NCBI GenBank assembly: GCA_951406725.2
Contig: OX597835.1
Coordinates: forward strand, 1 to 64,000
Direction of reading: 5' to 3'
Origin: Octopus vulgaris
Lineage: Eukaryota
DNA: 64,000 bases
Shown: one piece after another, positions 12,101 to 27,559 of the stretch
Layout: each line of letters opens with the position of its first letter
Numbering within the stretch: the first letter of the stretch is position 1
Translations under genes and position numbers: made by a program
Notes under the pieces: generated by a model
Seen by the model: only the letters and a program-made list of their open reading frames with translations
Databases searched by the model: none
What the model was told of the DNA's origin: nothing

Positions 12101-15100
12101 ACATACACCAGAATAAGATACACCTGAATTACCTGCCCCAAAATTACATACCCCTGAATTACCTGCCCCTAAATTACATGCATCTGAATTGCCTGCCCCT
12201 GAATTACATGGCCCTGAATTATCTGCCCCTCAATCACATGGCTCTTAATTACATGCACCTGTATGACCTGACCCTGAATTATCTGCCCCTAAATTACCTG
12301 AATTACCTGCCCGAGAATGACTGCCCCTGAATTACATGCCCCTGGATTACCTGGATTACCTGACCCAGAATTACATGTCCCTGGATTACCTAACCCAGAA
12401 TTACATGCCCCTGAATTACCTGCCCATGAATGACATTCCTCTAAATTACCTGTCCCTGAATTACCTTCCCCTGAATTACATGCCCCTGAATTACATGCCC
12501 CTGAATTACATGCCCCTGAATTACATGCCCCTGAATTACCTACCCCTGAATTAACTACCCCTGAATTACATGCCCCTGGATTACCTAACCCAGAATTACA
12601 TGCCCCTGGATTACCTAACCCAGAATTACATGCACCTGAATTACATGCCCCTTAATTACATGCCCCTCAATTACCTGCACCTGAATAACATGCCCCTGAA
12701 TTACGTGCCCCTGAATTACGTGCCCCTGAATTACGTGCCCCTGAATTACCATCCCCTGAATTTTATGCCCATGAATTACGTGCCCCTGAATTACCTGCCC
12801 CTGAATGACCTGCCCCTTAATTACATACCCCTGGATTACCTGTCCCTGAATAACCTATACCTGAATAACCTGACACTCAATAATCTGCCCCTGAAATTCC
12901 TGCCCCTAAATTACCTTCCCCTGAATTACATGCCCCTGAATTACCTGCCCATGAATTACATGCACCTGAATTACATACACCTGAATTACCTGCCCCTGAG
13001 TCACATGTCCCTGAATAACCTGCAATTGAATTACCTGCCCCTGAATTACATACACCTGAATTACGTGCCTTTGAATTACCTGCCCCTAAATTATGGGCCC
13101 CTGAATTACCTGTCCCTGAATGACATGCCCCTCAATCACCTGCCCATGAATGACATTCCTATAAATTACCTTTCCCTGAATTACCCCTGAATTACCTTCC
13201 CCTGAATTACACTCTAAATTAAGTGCCCCTGAATTACCTGCCAATGAATGACATTCGTCTAAATCACCTGCACCTGAACTACCTGCCCCTGGATTACCTT
13301 CGCCTCAATTACCCGCCCATGAATTACCTGCCCCTAAATTACTTGCCCCCAAATTACATGCCCCTGAATAACCTGCCCCTGAATTACATGCCCCTGAATT
13401 ACCTGCCCCTGAATTACATACACCTGAATTACCTGACCCTGAATTACATGCCCCTGAATTATCTACCCCGGAGTCCCTGAATAACCTGCACCTGAATTAC
13501 CTGCCCCTGAATTACATACACCTGAATTACATGCCCGTGAATTACCTGCCCGTGAATTTCCTGCCCCAAAATTACATGCCCCTGAATTACCTGGCCATGA
13601 ATTACCTGCCCCTGAATAACATACACCTGAATTAACTTCCCCTCAATTACCTGCCCCTGAATTACATACCCCTGAAGTACCTGCCCCTAAATTACATGCA
13701 TCTGAATTACCTGCCCCTGAATTACAAACACCTGAAATACATGGCTCTGAATTACCTGCCTCTTATTTACATGCACCTCAATGACCTGCCCTGAATGACA
13801 TGCCTCTGAATTATCTATCCCTAAATTACCGGCCCCTGAATTACCTACCCGTGAATGACATGCCTCTGAATTACATGCCCCTAGATTACCTGCCCTGAAT
13901 TACATGCCCCTGAAACACCTTTCATCTGAATTACATGCCCCTGAATTACATGCCCCTCGATTACCTGCCCCTAAATTACCTGCCCCTGGATTACCTTCCC
14001 CTGAATGACATTCCTCTAAATTACCTGTCCCTGAATTACCCGCCCCTGGATTACCTTCCCCTGAAATATATTGCTCTGAATTACCCACCCACGAATTACA
14101 TGCCCCTAAATTACATGCCCCTGAATTACCTACCCCTGAATTACATACACCTGAATTACATGCCCCTCAATTACCTGCACCTCAATTACATGCCCCTGAG
14201 TTACATGCACCTGAATTACCTGCACCTGAATTACATGCCCCTGAAATACATTGCTTTGAATTACCCACCCACGAATTACATGCCCCTGAATTACATGCCC
14301 CTGAATTACCTTCCCCTGAATTACATTCCCCTCAATTACCTGCTCCTCAATTACATGCCGCTGAATTACATGCCCCTTAATTACATGCCCTGAATTACCT
14401 GCCCCTGAATTACATGCCCCTCAATTACCTGCGTCTGAATTACCTGCCCCTGAATGAAATGCCCCTTAATTACTTAACCCTGAATTACCGGCCCCTGAAT
14501 TACCTGCCCCTGAATTACATGCATCTGAATTACCTGCCCCTGAATTAAAACACCTGAATTACATGACCCTGAATTACCTGCCCCTCAATTACATGTCTCT
14601 TAATTACATGCACCTGAATGACATATCTCTGAATTATCTATCCCTAAATTATCTGCCCCTGAATTACCTGCCCGTGAATGACATACCCCTGAAATACCTG
14701 CACCTAGATTACCTGCCCCTGAATTACCTGCCCGTGAATGACATACCCCTGAATTACCTGCCCCTGAATTACCTGCCCCTGAATTACATTTCATCTGAAT
14801 TACATGCCCCTGAATTACCTGCCCCTGAATTACAAGCTCCTGAATTACCTGCCCATGAATGACATTCCTATAAATTACCTGTCCTTAAATTACCCCTGAA
14901 TTACCTTCCTCTGAATTACCTGCCCCTGAATTACCTGCCAATGAATGACATTCCTCTAAATCACCTGCCCCTGGATTACCTTCCCCTCAATTACCCGCCC
15001 ATGAATTACATGCCCCTGAATTACCTGCCCCTGAATGAAGTGCACCTGAATTAAGTGCACCTGAATTAAATGCCCCTGAATTACATACACCTGAATTATC

Positions 15101-18100
15101 AGCTCCTGAATTACATGCCCCTGAATTATCTGCCCCTGAGTCCCTGAATTACATGCCCAGGAATTACCTGCCCCTAAATTACAAGCCCCTCAATTACCTA
15201 CCCATGAATTACATACACCTGAATTACATGCCCGTGAATTACCTGCCCCTAAAATACATACACCTGAATTACATGCCCGTGAATTACCTGCCCCTAAAAT
15301 ACATGCCCCTCAATTACCTGCCCATGAATTACATGCCCCTGAACTACATGCCCCTTAATTACATGTCCCTGAATTATCTGCCAATGAATGACATACCTCT
15401 AAATTACCTGCCCCTGAATTACCTGCCCCTGAATTACCCCTGAATTACATGCCCCTCAAATTACATGCATCTGAATTACATGCCCCTGAACTACGAACAC
15501 CTGAATTACCTGCCCCTCAATTACATGCCTCTTAATTACATGCACATGAATGATCTGACCCTGAATGATATGCCCGAATTATCTATCCCTAAATTACCTG
15601 CCCGGAATTACCTGCCAGTGAATGATATACCCCTGGATTAACTGCCCCTGAATAACCTGCCCCTGAATAACATACACCTGAATTACATGCCCCTGATTTA
15701 CCTGCCCCTGAATTACATGGCCTTCAATTACCTGCCCCTCAATTACATGCACCTAAATGACCTGCCCCTGAATTATCTATCCCTAAATTACCTGCCCGTG
15801 ATTGACATAACCCTGAATTACCTGCACCTAGATTACCTGCCCCTGCATTACATGCCCCTGGATTACCTAACCCAGAATTACAAGCCCCTGAATTACCTGC
15901 CCATGAATGACATTCCTCTAAATTACCTGTCCCTGAATTACCCCTGAATTACCTTCCCCTGAATTACCTGCCCCTAAATTACATGACTCTTAATTACATG
16001 CACATGAATGATCTGACCCTGAATGATGTGCCCCTGAATTACCTATCCCTAAATTACCCACCCGTGAATGACATGCCCCTGAATTACATACACCTGAATT
16101 ACATGCCCCTGAATTACCTGCCCCTGAATGACATGCCCCTGAATTGCATACCCCTGAATTACCTGCCCATGAATTACATGCCCCTGAATTACATGCAACT
16201 GATTTACATGCCCCTGAATTACATACACCTGAATTACACTCCCCTGAATTATCTACCCCTGAGTCCCTGAATAACCTGCACCTGAATTACATACACCTGA
16301 ATTACCTGCCCCTCAATTACCTGCCCATGAATTACCTGCCCATGAATTAAATGCCCCTGAAGTATCTGCCCCTAAATTACATGACCCTGAATGACCTGCC
16401 CCTGAATGACATGCCTCTGAATTACATGCCCCTGAATTACCTGCCCCTAAATTACCTGCAGATGAATGACATTCCTCTAAGTTACCTGGCCCTGAATAAC
16501 CCCTGAATTACCTGCCCCTGGATTACCTTCCCCTGAATTACATGCCCCTGAATTACATTCCTCTGAATTACCCACCCACGAATTACATGCCACTGAATTA
16601 TATGTGCCTGAATTACCTACCCCTGAATTACATACAGCTGAATTACAGACACCTGAATTACATGCCCCTCAATTACCTGCACCTCAATTACATGCCGCTG
16701 AATTACCTAACCCTGAATTACCTGCCCCTGAATTACATGCCCATGAATTACATGCACCTGAATTAAATGCCCCAGAATTACATGCCCCTGAATTACCTGC
16801 CCGTGAATTACCTACCCATGAATTAAATGCCCCTAAATTACCTTCCCCTGAAGTACCTGCCCCTAAATTACATGCATCTGAATTACGTGCCCATGAATTA
16901 CAAGCACCTGAATTACCTGCCTCTTAATTACATGCACCTGAATGACCTGCCCCTGAATTTCATGCCTCTGAATTATCTATCCCTAAATTAACTGCCCGTG
17001 AATGACATGCACCTCGATTACCTGCCCCTGGATTACCTGCCCATGAATGACATTCCTCTAAATTACCTGTCCCTGAATTACGCCTGAATTACCTGCACCT
17101 GGATTACCTTCCCCCGAATTACATTCCTCTGAATTACCCACCCACGAATTACATGCCCCTGAATTACATACACCTTCATTACGAGCCCCTCAATTACCTG
17201 CACCTCAATTACATGCCCCTGAATTACCTGCCCATGAATGACATTCCTATAAATTACCTCCCCCTGGTTTACCTTCCCCTAAATTACATTGCTCTGTATT
17301 ACCTGCCCCTGAATTACCTGCCAATGAATGACATTACTCTAAATCACCTGCACCTGGATTACCTTCCCCTCAATTACCCGCACATGAATTACATGCCCGA
17401 TTAACCTGCCCCTCAATGACATGCCCCTGAATTACATACCCCTGAATTACCTTCCCATAAATTACATACACCTGAATTACATGCCCGTGAATTACCTGCC
17501 CGTGAATTACCTGCCCCTAAATTACATGCCCCTGAATGACCTGCCCCTTCATTAGTTACCCCTGGATTACCTGCCCCTGAATAACCTGCCCCTGAATAAC
17601 ATACACCTGAATTACATGCCCCTCGATTACATGCCCCTGAATTACATGCAACTGATTTACATGCCCCTGAATTACATACACCTGAATTACATGCCCCTGA
17701 ATTATCTACCCCTGAGTCCCTGAATAACATGCCCCTGAATTACATACCCCTGAATTACCTGCCCCTGAATTACCTGCCCCTGAATGACATGCCCCTCAAT
17801 TACCTGCCCATGAATTACCTGCCCCCCAATTACCTGCCCATGAATTAAATGGCCATGAACTACCTGCCCCTAAATTACATGACCCTGAATGACCTGCCCC
17901 TGAATGACATGCCTCTGAATTATCTATCCCTAAATTACCAGCCCCTGAATTACCTGCCCGTGAATGACATGCCCTGAATTACCTTTCATCTGAATTACAT
18001 GCCCCTGGATTACCTGCCCCTGAATTACCCCTGAATTACCTGCCCCTGAATTACCTTCCCCTGAATTACATGCCCCTGAATTACATTCCTCTGAATTACC

Positions 18101-21100
18101 CACCCACGAATTACATGCCCCTGAATTACCTACCCCTGAATTACCTGCACCTCAATTACATGCCGCTGAATTACATAACCCTGAATTACCTGCACCTGAA
18201 TTACCTTCCCTGAATGACATGCCTCTGAATTATCTATCCCTAAATTACCAGCCCCTGAATTACCTGCCCGTGAATGACATGCCCTGAATTACCTTTCATC
18301 TGAATTACATGCCCCTGGATTACCTGCCCCTGAATTACCCCTGAATTACCTGCCCCTGGATTACCTTCCCCTGAATTACATGCCCCTGAATTACATTCCT
18401 CTGAATTACCCACCCACGAATTACATGCCCCTGAATTACCTACCCCTGAATTACCTGCACCTCAATTACATGCCGCTGAATTACCTAACCCTGAATTACC
18501 TGCACCTGAATTACCTTCCCTGAATGACATGCCCCTGAATAACGTGCTCCTGAATTACATACCCCTGAATTACCTGCCCATGAATTACATGCAACTGAAT
18601 TACATGCCCCTGAATTACCTGCCCCAGAATTACATGCCCCTGAAGTATCTACCCCTGAGTCCCTGAATAACCTGCACCTGAATTACCTGCCCCTGAATTA
18701 CATGCCCCTGAATTACCTGCCCTCAATTACCTGCCCGTGAACTACCTGGCCCTAAATTACATGCCCCTGAATTACCTGCCCATGAATTAAATGCCCCTAA
18801 ATTACCTTCACCTGAAGTACCTGCCCCTAAATTACATGCATCTGAATTACGTGCCCCTGAATTGCAAGCACCTGAATTACATGGCCCTGAATTACCTGTC
18901 TCTTAATTACATGCACCTGAATGACCTGCCCCTGAATGACATGCCTCTGAATTATCTATCCCTAAATTACCAGCCCCTGAATTACCTGCCCGTGAATTAC
19001 ATGCCCCTGAAATACATGCACCTCGATTACCTGCCCCTGAATTACCTGCCAATGAATGACATTCCTCTAAATTACCTGTCCCTGAATTACGCCTGAATTA
19101 CCTGCCCCTGGATTACCTTCCCCTGAATTACATGCCCCTGAATTACATACACCTGGATTACAAGCCCCTCAATTACCTGCACCTCAATTACATGCCCCTG
19201 AATTACATGCCCCTGAATTACCTGCCCATGAATGACATTCCTATAAATTACCTCCCCCTGGATTACCTTCCCCTCAATTACCCGCACATGAATTACATGC
19301 CCCTGAATTACCTGCCCCTGAATGACATTCCCCTGAATTACATACCCCTGAATTAGCTGCCCATAAATTACATACACCTGAATTACATGCCCGTGAATTA
19401 CCTGCCCGTGAATTACCTGCCCCTAAATTACATGCCCCTGAATGACATGCCCTCAATTACCTGCCCATGAATTACAAGCCCCTGAACTACCTGCCCCTTA
19501 ATTACATGCCCCTGGATTACCTGCCCCTGAATTACCTTCCCCTGAATTACATGCCCCTGGATTACCTGCCCCTTAATTACCTTCCCCTGAATAACATACA
19601 TTTGAATTACCTTCCCCTGAATTACCTGCCTCTGAATTACCTGCCCTGAATTACCTGCCCCTGAATTACATACCCCTGAATTACCTGCCCCTAAATAACA
19701 TGCATCTGAATTACCCGCCCCTGAATTACATGGCCCTGAATTACCTGCCTCTTAATTACATGCACCTGAATGACCTGCCCCTGAATGACATGCCTCTGAA
19801 TTATCTATCCCTAAATTACCAGCCCCTGAATTACCTGCCCGTGAATGAAATGCCCTGAAATACCTGCCCCTGAATTACATGCCCCTGAATTACAGGCCCC
19901 TGAATTACCTTTCCTCTGAATTACATACCCCTCAATTACCTGCCCCTGAATTACATGCCCATGAATGACATTCCTCTAAATCACCTGCACCTGAATTACA
20001 TGCCTCTGGTTTACCTGCCCCTTGATTACCTGCCCCTGAATTACATGCTGCTCAATTACCTGCACCTCAATTATATGCCCCTTAATTACATGCCCCATAA
20101 TTACATGCCCTGAATTACCTGCACCTGAATTACATAAACCTGAATTACATGCCCCTCAATTACCTGCCACTGAATTACCTTGCTCTAAATTACATGCCCC
20201 TTAATTACTTGACCCTGGATTACCTGACCCTAAATTACATGCATCTGAATTGCCTGCCCCTGAATTACAAACACCTGAATTACCTGACTCTTAATTACAT
20301 GCACCTGAATGACCTGCCCCTGAATGACATGCCTCTGAATAATTTATCCCTAAATTACCTGCCCGTGATTAACATGCCCCTGAATTACCTTTTATCTGAA
20401 TTACATGCCCCTGAATTACATACCCCTGAATTACCTGCCCCTGAATTACCTGCCCATGAATGACATTCTTATAAATTACCTGTCCCTTAATTACCTTCCC
20501 CTGAATTACATTCCTCTGAATACCTGCCCCTGAATTACCTGCCAATGAATGACATTACTCTAAATCACCTGCACCTGGATTACCTTCCCCTCAATTACCC
20601 GCCCATGAATTACATGCCCCTGAATTACCAGCCCCTGAATTACCTTCCCTGAATGACATGTCCCTGAATTACATACCCCTGAATTACCTGCCCATGAATT
20701 ACATGCCCCTGAATTACCAGCCCCTGAATTACCTTCCCTGAATGACATACCCCTGAATTACATGCACCTGAATTACATGCACCTGAATTTTCATGCACCT
20801 GAATTACATACACCTGAATTACCTGCCCCTGAACTATCTGCCCCTGAATTACCTGCCCCTCAATTACCTGCCCAAGAATTACATACACCTGAATTACATG
20901 CCCCTGAATTACCTGCCCCTCAATTACGTGCCCCTGAATTACATACCCCCTAAGTACCTGCCCCTAAATTACATGCATCTGAATTACCTGCCCCTGAATT
21001 ACCTGCCTCTTAATTACATGCCCCTGAATGACATGCCTCTGAATTATCTATCCCTAAATTACCTGCCCGTGATTGACATGCCCCTGAATTACCTTTCATC

Positions 21101-23795
21101 TGAATTACATGCCCCTGAATTACATACCCCTGAATTACATGCCCCTGAATTACCTGCCCCTGAATTACCTGCCCATGAATGACATTCCTATAAATTACCT
21201 GTCCCTTAATTACCTTCCCCTGAATTACGTTCCCCTGAATTACCTGCACCTCAATTACATGCCCCTGAATTACATGCCCCTCAACTACCTGCCACTGAAT
21301 TACCTTGCTCTGAATTACATACCCCTTAATTACTTAACCCTGGATTACCTGCCCCTGAATAACCTGACCCTCAATTACCTTCCCCTGAATTACCTGCCCC
21401 TTAATTACATGCACCTGAATGACCTGCCCCTGAATGACATGCCTCTGAATTACCTGCCCCTGAATAACCTGCCCATGAATGACATTCCTCTAAATTACCT
21501 GTCCCTGAATTACCCCTGAATTACATGCCCCTGGATTTCCTAACCCTGAATTACCTGCCCCTGAATGACAATCCTCTAAATTACCTTCCCTGAATTACCC
21601 CTTAATTACCCACCCATGAATTACATGCCCCTGAATTACATACACCTGAATTACATGCCCCTCAAATACCTGCACCTCAATTACCTGCCCATGAATTACA
21701 TGCCCCTGAACTACCTGCCCCTTAATTACATGCCCCTGGATTACCTGCCCCTGAATTACCTTCCCCTGAATAACATACATCTGAATAACCTAACCCTAAA
21801 TAACCTGACCCTGAATTACCTTCCCCTGAATTACCTGCCCCTGAATTACAAACACCTGAATTACCTGCCCCTCAATTACATGCCTCTTAATTACATGCAC
21901 CTGAATTATCTATCCCTAAATTACCTGCCCGTGAATGACATGCCCCTGAAATACCTGCCCCTGAATTACCTGCCCATGAATGACATTCCTATAAATTACC
22001 TGCCCCTGAATTACCTTTCATCTGAATTACATGCCCCTGAATTACATTCCTCTGAATTACCTGCCAATGAATGACATTCCTCTAAATCACCTGCACCTTG
22101 ATTACCTGCCCCTGAATTACATGCCCCTGAATTACATTCCCCTGAATTATCTGCCCCTGAGTCCCTGAATAACCTGCACCTGAATTACCTGCCCCTGAAT
22201 TACATACACCTGAATTACATGCTCGTGGATTACCTGCCCCTAAATTACATGCCAATGAATCACATACACCTGAATTACATGCCCGTGAATTACCTGCCCC
22301 TAAATTACCTGCCCCTGAACTACCTGCCCTTTAATTACATGCCCATGAATTACCTGCCCCTGAATAACATACACCTGAATTACCTGCCCATGAATTACAT
22401 ACCCCTGAAGTACCTGCCCCTAAATTACATGCATCTTAATTACCTGCCCCTCAATTGCAAACACCTGAATTACATGGCCCTCAATTACATGCCTCTTAAT
22501 TACATGCACCTGAATGACCTGCCTCTGAATTATCTATCCCTAAATTACCTGCCCGTGAATGACATGCCCCTGAATTACCTGCCCATGAATGACATTCCTA
22601 TAAATTACCTGCCCCTGAATTACCTTTCATCTGAATTACATGCCCCTGAATTACATTCCTCTGAATTACCTGCCCCTGAATTACCTGCCAATGAATGACA
22701 TTCCTCTAAATCACCTGCACCTGGATTACCTTCCCCTGAATTACATGCCCCTGAATTATCTGCCCCTGAGTCCCTGAATAACCTGCACCTGAATTACCTG
22801 CCCCTGAATTACATACACCTGAATTACATGCTCGTGAATTACCTGCCCCTAAATTACATGCCAATGAATCACATACACCTGAATTACATGCCCGTGAATT
22901 ACCTGCCCCTAAATTACCTGCCCCTGAACTACCTGCCCTTTAATTACATGCCCATGAATTACCTGCCCCTGAATAACATACACCTGAATTACCTGCCCAT
23001 GAATTACATACCCCTGAAGTACCTGCCCCTAAATAACATGCATCTGAATTACCTGCCCCTGAATTGCAAACACCTGAATTACATGGCCCTCAATTACATG
23101 CCTCTTAATTACATGCACCTGAATGACATGCCTCTGAATTATCTATCCCTAAATTACCTGCACCTAGATTACCTGCCCCTGAATAACATACCCTGGATTA
23201 CCTAACCCTGAATTACCTGCCCATGAATGACATTCCTTTAAATTACCTGTCCCTGAATTACCCCTGAATTACCTGCCCCTGGATTACCTTCCCCTAAATT
23301 ACATGCCCCTGAATTACATACACCTGAATTATATGCTCCTCAATTACCTGCACCTCAATTACATGCCCCTGAATTACATGCACCTGAATTACATTCCCCT
23401 GAATTACCTGCACCTGGATTACATAAACCTGAATTACCTGCCCCTGAATTACATGCCCCTCAATTAACTGCCTCAATTAACTACCTTGCTCTGAATTACA
23501 TGCCCCTTAATTACTTAACCCTGGATTACCTGCCCCTGAATAACCTACACCTGAATTACATACCCCTGAATTACATGCCCCTCAATTACCTGCCCGTGAA
23601 TTACATGGCCCTGAATTACATGTCCCTGAATTTCCTGCCCCTTAATTACATGCCCCTGAATTACCTGTCCCTGAAATACATGCACCTGGATTACCTGCCC
23701 CTGAATTTCCTGCGCCTGGACTACCTGCCTTGAATTACCTTCCCCTGAATTACCTGCCCCTGAATTACCTGTCCCTGAATTACATGTCCCTGAAT
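6172..23795. repeat. 15-bp satellite, consensus CCCCTGAATTAC(A/C)TG, ~17.6 kb (roughly 1,170 monomers), with higher-order repeats
   Basis: Uninterrupted 15-bp periodicity, visible as MPLNY/LPLNY pentapeptides in the ORF track. Diagnostic variants such as CCCCTGAGTCCCTGAATAACC recur. Confidence 0.97.
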
Positions 23796-23807
23796 GTATG
23801 AATATCT

Positions 23808-24210
23808 ATGTATGGACGCATGATGTGTGGACGAGGCTTGTGTGTATGGACGCATGATGTGTGAACGAGGCTTGTTTGTATGGACGCAAGATATGTGAAC
23901 GAGGCATATTTGTATGGACGCATGATGTGTGAACGAGGCTTGTTTGTATGAACGCATGATGTGTGAACGAGGCTTGGTTGTTTGGACGCATGATGTGTGA
24001 ACGAGGCTTGTTTGAATGGACGCATGATGTGTGAACGAGGTGTGTATGAGTGGACGCATGATGTGTGAACGTGGCTTGTTTGTATGGACGCATGATGTGT
24101 GAAAGAGGCTTGTTTGTATGGACGCATGATGTGTGAACGAGGCATGTTTGTATGGACGCATGATGTGTGAACGAGGCATGTTTGTATGGACGCATGATGG
24201 GTGAACGAGG
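23808..24210. repeat. 34-bp satellite array 1 (~12 copies; GTGAACGAGGCTTGTTTGTATGGACGCATGATGT)
   Basis: ACGAGG at 23831 and 23865 gives period 34. Units are head-to-tail with no spacers. Confidence 0.95.
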
Positions 24211-24737
24211 CAGCACTTATTCTTTCTAAGCCTAGTATTTATTCTAACTTATTCTTTTCTGCCGAGCCGCTGAAATACAGAGAGGAAAACACACCAGCAT
24301 TGTTTGAAAAATCTACTATAGCCCCGAGCCGACCAAAGCCTTGTGATTGGATTTGGTGGAAGGAAACTGGAAAACTCCAGTCATATATATGTTTATGTGT
24401 GCGTGTGTGTCTTTGTTCCCAAACATTGCTACACAACGGATGCTAGTCTGTTTACGTCCCCATAACTTAGAGGTTCAGCGAAATAGACTAATAGAATAAG
24501 CACTAGGCCTACAATGAATAAGTCCTGGGGTCGATATGCTCGACTAAAGGTCGTGCTCCAACATGGCCACAGTCAAATGACTGAAACAAGTAAATGAGAG
24601 TAAAAGAGTTAAATAACGAGAAAAGTCCATGACCTGTTAACTAGGGAGATCGCAGAAAATATCTCCTAGAGTTACTTCCCTAACGTCATATAATACGTTT
24701 CATGTTGTAATATCTGTAAGAAAGTAATAATGACATA
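24211..24737. repeat. SINE-composite block duplicated at 32715-33228
   Basis: Both copies start CAGCACTTATTCTTTCTAAGCC. ORFs 24239..24436 and 32743..32940 are near-identical. Confidence 0.85.
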
Positions 24738-24802
24738 ATCAAGTTTCTTTTTGTTTTATATAGTATATATGCGTATGTGGGTATATACACGTATATCTGT
24801 AA

Positions 24803-24837
<35 letters not shown>

Positions 24838-24944
24838 CTGGAGCGCCGCCTTTAGTCGATCACATCGTCCGCAGCACTTCTTTGTAAGCCTAGTATTTTA
24901 TTCTCTTTTGCCGAACCGCTAAAATACAGGGAGTAAAACAGCTA

Positions 24945-25185
24945 CAGTCGTTCGAAGGTAATGACCAAACTGTCTACTTTTATCCACCAGTTCCAACACG
25001 ATTTAACAAAAAAGGAGACAAATTGCTTGACTAGATTTCACTGCAAAGCCAGTAACATCTATGAACTTCCCAAAATCTACAAAAGGTAAGCCATAAACAA
25101 AACCTGTAACAAGTTAACTTCTATAGTTATAAATATTCCACACCCGAGAGATATCCGAATGAGGCCAATTATGGCCAATCCAGGT
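24945..25185 (+). mobile_element. Penelope-like element RT N-terminal fragment, copy 1
   Basis: Paralog of 27560-27805. Translates as ...KETNCLTRFHCKASNIYELPKIYK...RMRPIMA. Confidence 0.7.
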
Positions 25186-25319
25186 ATGTAGATACGGGAG
25201 GCATTGGGTGCTTAACACTCGCAAATCTGAAGTCGCTAAAGGTGCAATAAATTGAACTTCTTTTCATTTAGAACTTAGGGATCTGCAAATGTGGGTATCT
25301 TGGAGATGCTTAAAGTGTC

Positions 25320-27200
25320 TGCTGTAGCTGTAATCGTCGCACAAACAAACGAATAAAAACACAGTCGCTCACACACACGTACACACAAAAATAAAAACAT
25401 TCACACAAACACAGACACTGAAATGAAAATAGCAACACACACACATATAAAAAGTCCCACGCACACAAACACTGAAAAAAAAATTCTCACAAAAACACTC
25501 ACATACGCACAAAAAATAAAAATACAGATACATATTCACACACTCAAACACGCGGACAAACACAGAAATGAAAACAGTTACATACCTACACATGCACAAA
25601 CACAGACACACAAATACAAATGGAAAATACGGTAACACATCCAAACTCTAACACATTAACATACGCACAAACACATACACACAAACATAAGCACCCACAC
25701 ACAGAAATGAAAACACAGTTACACACTCACACATAAACCCTAACCCTAACTAGCACAAACATACAAGTTATTCAGAATGTAAAGGGGCATTGGGTGCTTT
25801 GCACTCGCAGTTAGAATATCAGCCCCCTCCACGCCAGTATGAGAATTTCTTTTATCCACTTGTGAAATTAATACGTTGTCGACACATGGGAAAAATATGA
25901 GCAACATCTGAAGTCACTAAAGGTGCAATAAATTGAACTTATTTTGATTTAGTAGTTAGTGATCTCAAATGTGGGTATCTTAGAAATGGTCAAAGTGCTT
26001 GTTGCATTTGTAAGTGTCGCACACACACAAACAAATAGAAACACTCAGTCGCTCACACACTCACGCACACAGAAATAAAAACACTCTCACACACACACAA
26101 ACAACCACTGAAATGAAAATACCCATACTCACATAAATAAAAACAGTCCCACACACACAAGGAGCCCCAATAGGTCTATCAAAAAAGTTTCTAGTATTTT
26201 TCCTAGCCCATAATTTATGATAATTGAAGTTCTTACAATAAATAAATACCTACTAAATCAGTACATCGAACATTACGTCCCCGTAACTTATCGGTTCTGC
26301 AAAAGAGACCTATACGTTAAGTAATAGGCATACAAAGAATAATTGCTGGGGTTGATTTGCTTGACTAAAGGCGGTGCTCCACCATGGTCACAGAGAAATA
26401 ACTGAAAGAGTATAAGAGCGACAAAGTGTATATTACGATAACTACATACTTAAGGGAGATAACTACATACTTAAGGGAGATAACTACAGAGTATCTTCTA
26501 CAGTTACTTCCCTTGAATATTATATTTTAACAATAATAAAATATTTTAGGATATTAACTCTCGGAAGGGAGATAACTAGATAACATCTTCCAGAGTTACT
26601 TTCCTTACATATAATTATTTTACTTTTATTAAATTATAATATGCGAGAGAAATAGCTCTAGAATATATAATTCAGACGTGACACACACCCTTTAACGCTT
26701 TTCTAGAGCAAATCGACACTAGGACTTACTCTATGACAGCCTAGAATATTATTTATTGGTCGTCTTTTCCCGAAGTTACTGGGGTGTAAAAAGACCAGCA
26801 TCAGTTGTCAAGCGGTTTTGGGGACACAGAAACATATATATAAATATCTATCTAGTTTACTGCTGAGAAAACCACGCGAGAGTGGTGGATTTGGAAAAGT
26901 AATATCATATAGACTCGAGACAGTTATTATCGCCTCGAGCCTATATGCTAGTAAAAGACATTTGCCTAACGTGCCACTCAGTGGGACTGAACTCGGAAGT
27001 AATTGTTAGGTAAGCAAGCTAATTCCCATTCAGACACTACTGTTTGTTAACCGGACAACTTCAATGTGAGCCCTAATTGTTGATATGCAAATGAGTTCAT
27101 TAATGGGGTCTGGAACTTTCGCGGCTGGGTCCCATAAGACAACGCAACAATCTTGGGTATGGGTGGACTGTCCTCACACACGCACAAACACACACACGTC
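25320..27200. repeat. Subtelomeric module copy C (AC-rich block with CCCTAA seed plus module head)
   Basis: 25320-26600 is colinear with 33675-34970. ORFs at 25423 and 33781 share MKIATHTHIKSP. Confidence 0.8.
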
Positions 27201-27363
27201 AAATAAATATTGACCAGCTGATCATTTACATTTCACTACACCCCACAAATATATAAAGTAATAATGTTATCTAGTACTACTCTTCGGACATAATCAAGTT
27301 TCATTTTTGTTTTAGATTATATATATATGCGTGTGTGGGTATATATACGTATATCTGTATGTG

Positions 27364-27420
<57 letters not shown>

Positions 27421-27559
27421 TGGAGCGCCGCCTTTAATCGAGCACATCGTCCGCAGCACATATTCTTTGTAAGCCTAGTATTTATTCTAACTTGTTCTCT
27501 TTTGCCGAACCGCTAAAATACAGGGAGTAAAACACACCTGTATCGGTTAAAAGCATCAA

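Noticed and set aside
6178-23733. Dozens of MPLNY/LPLNY or ELHAP pentapeptide ORFs as a repeat-protein gene
   Set aside because: They follow from a 15-bp period. Frequent frameshifting monomers and stops argue against coding constraint.
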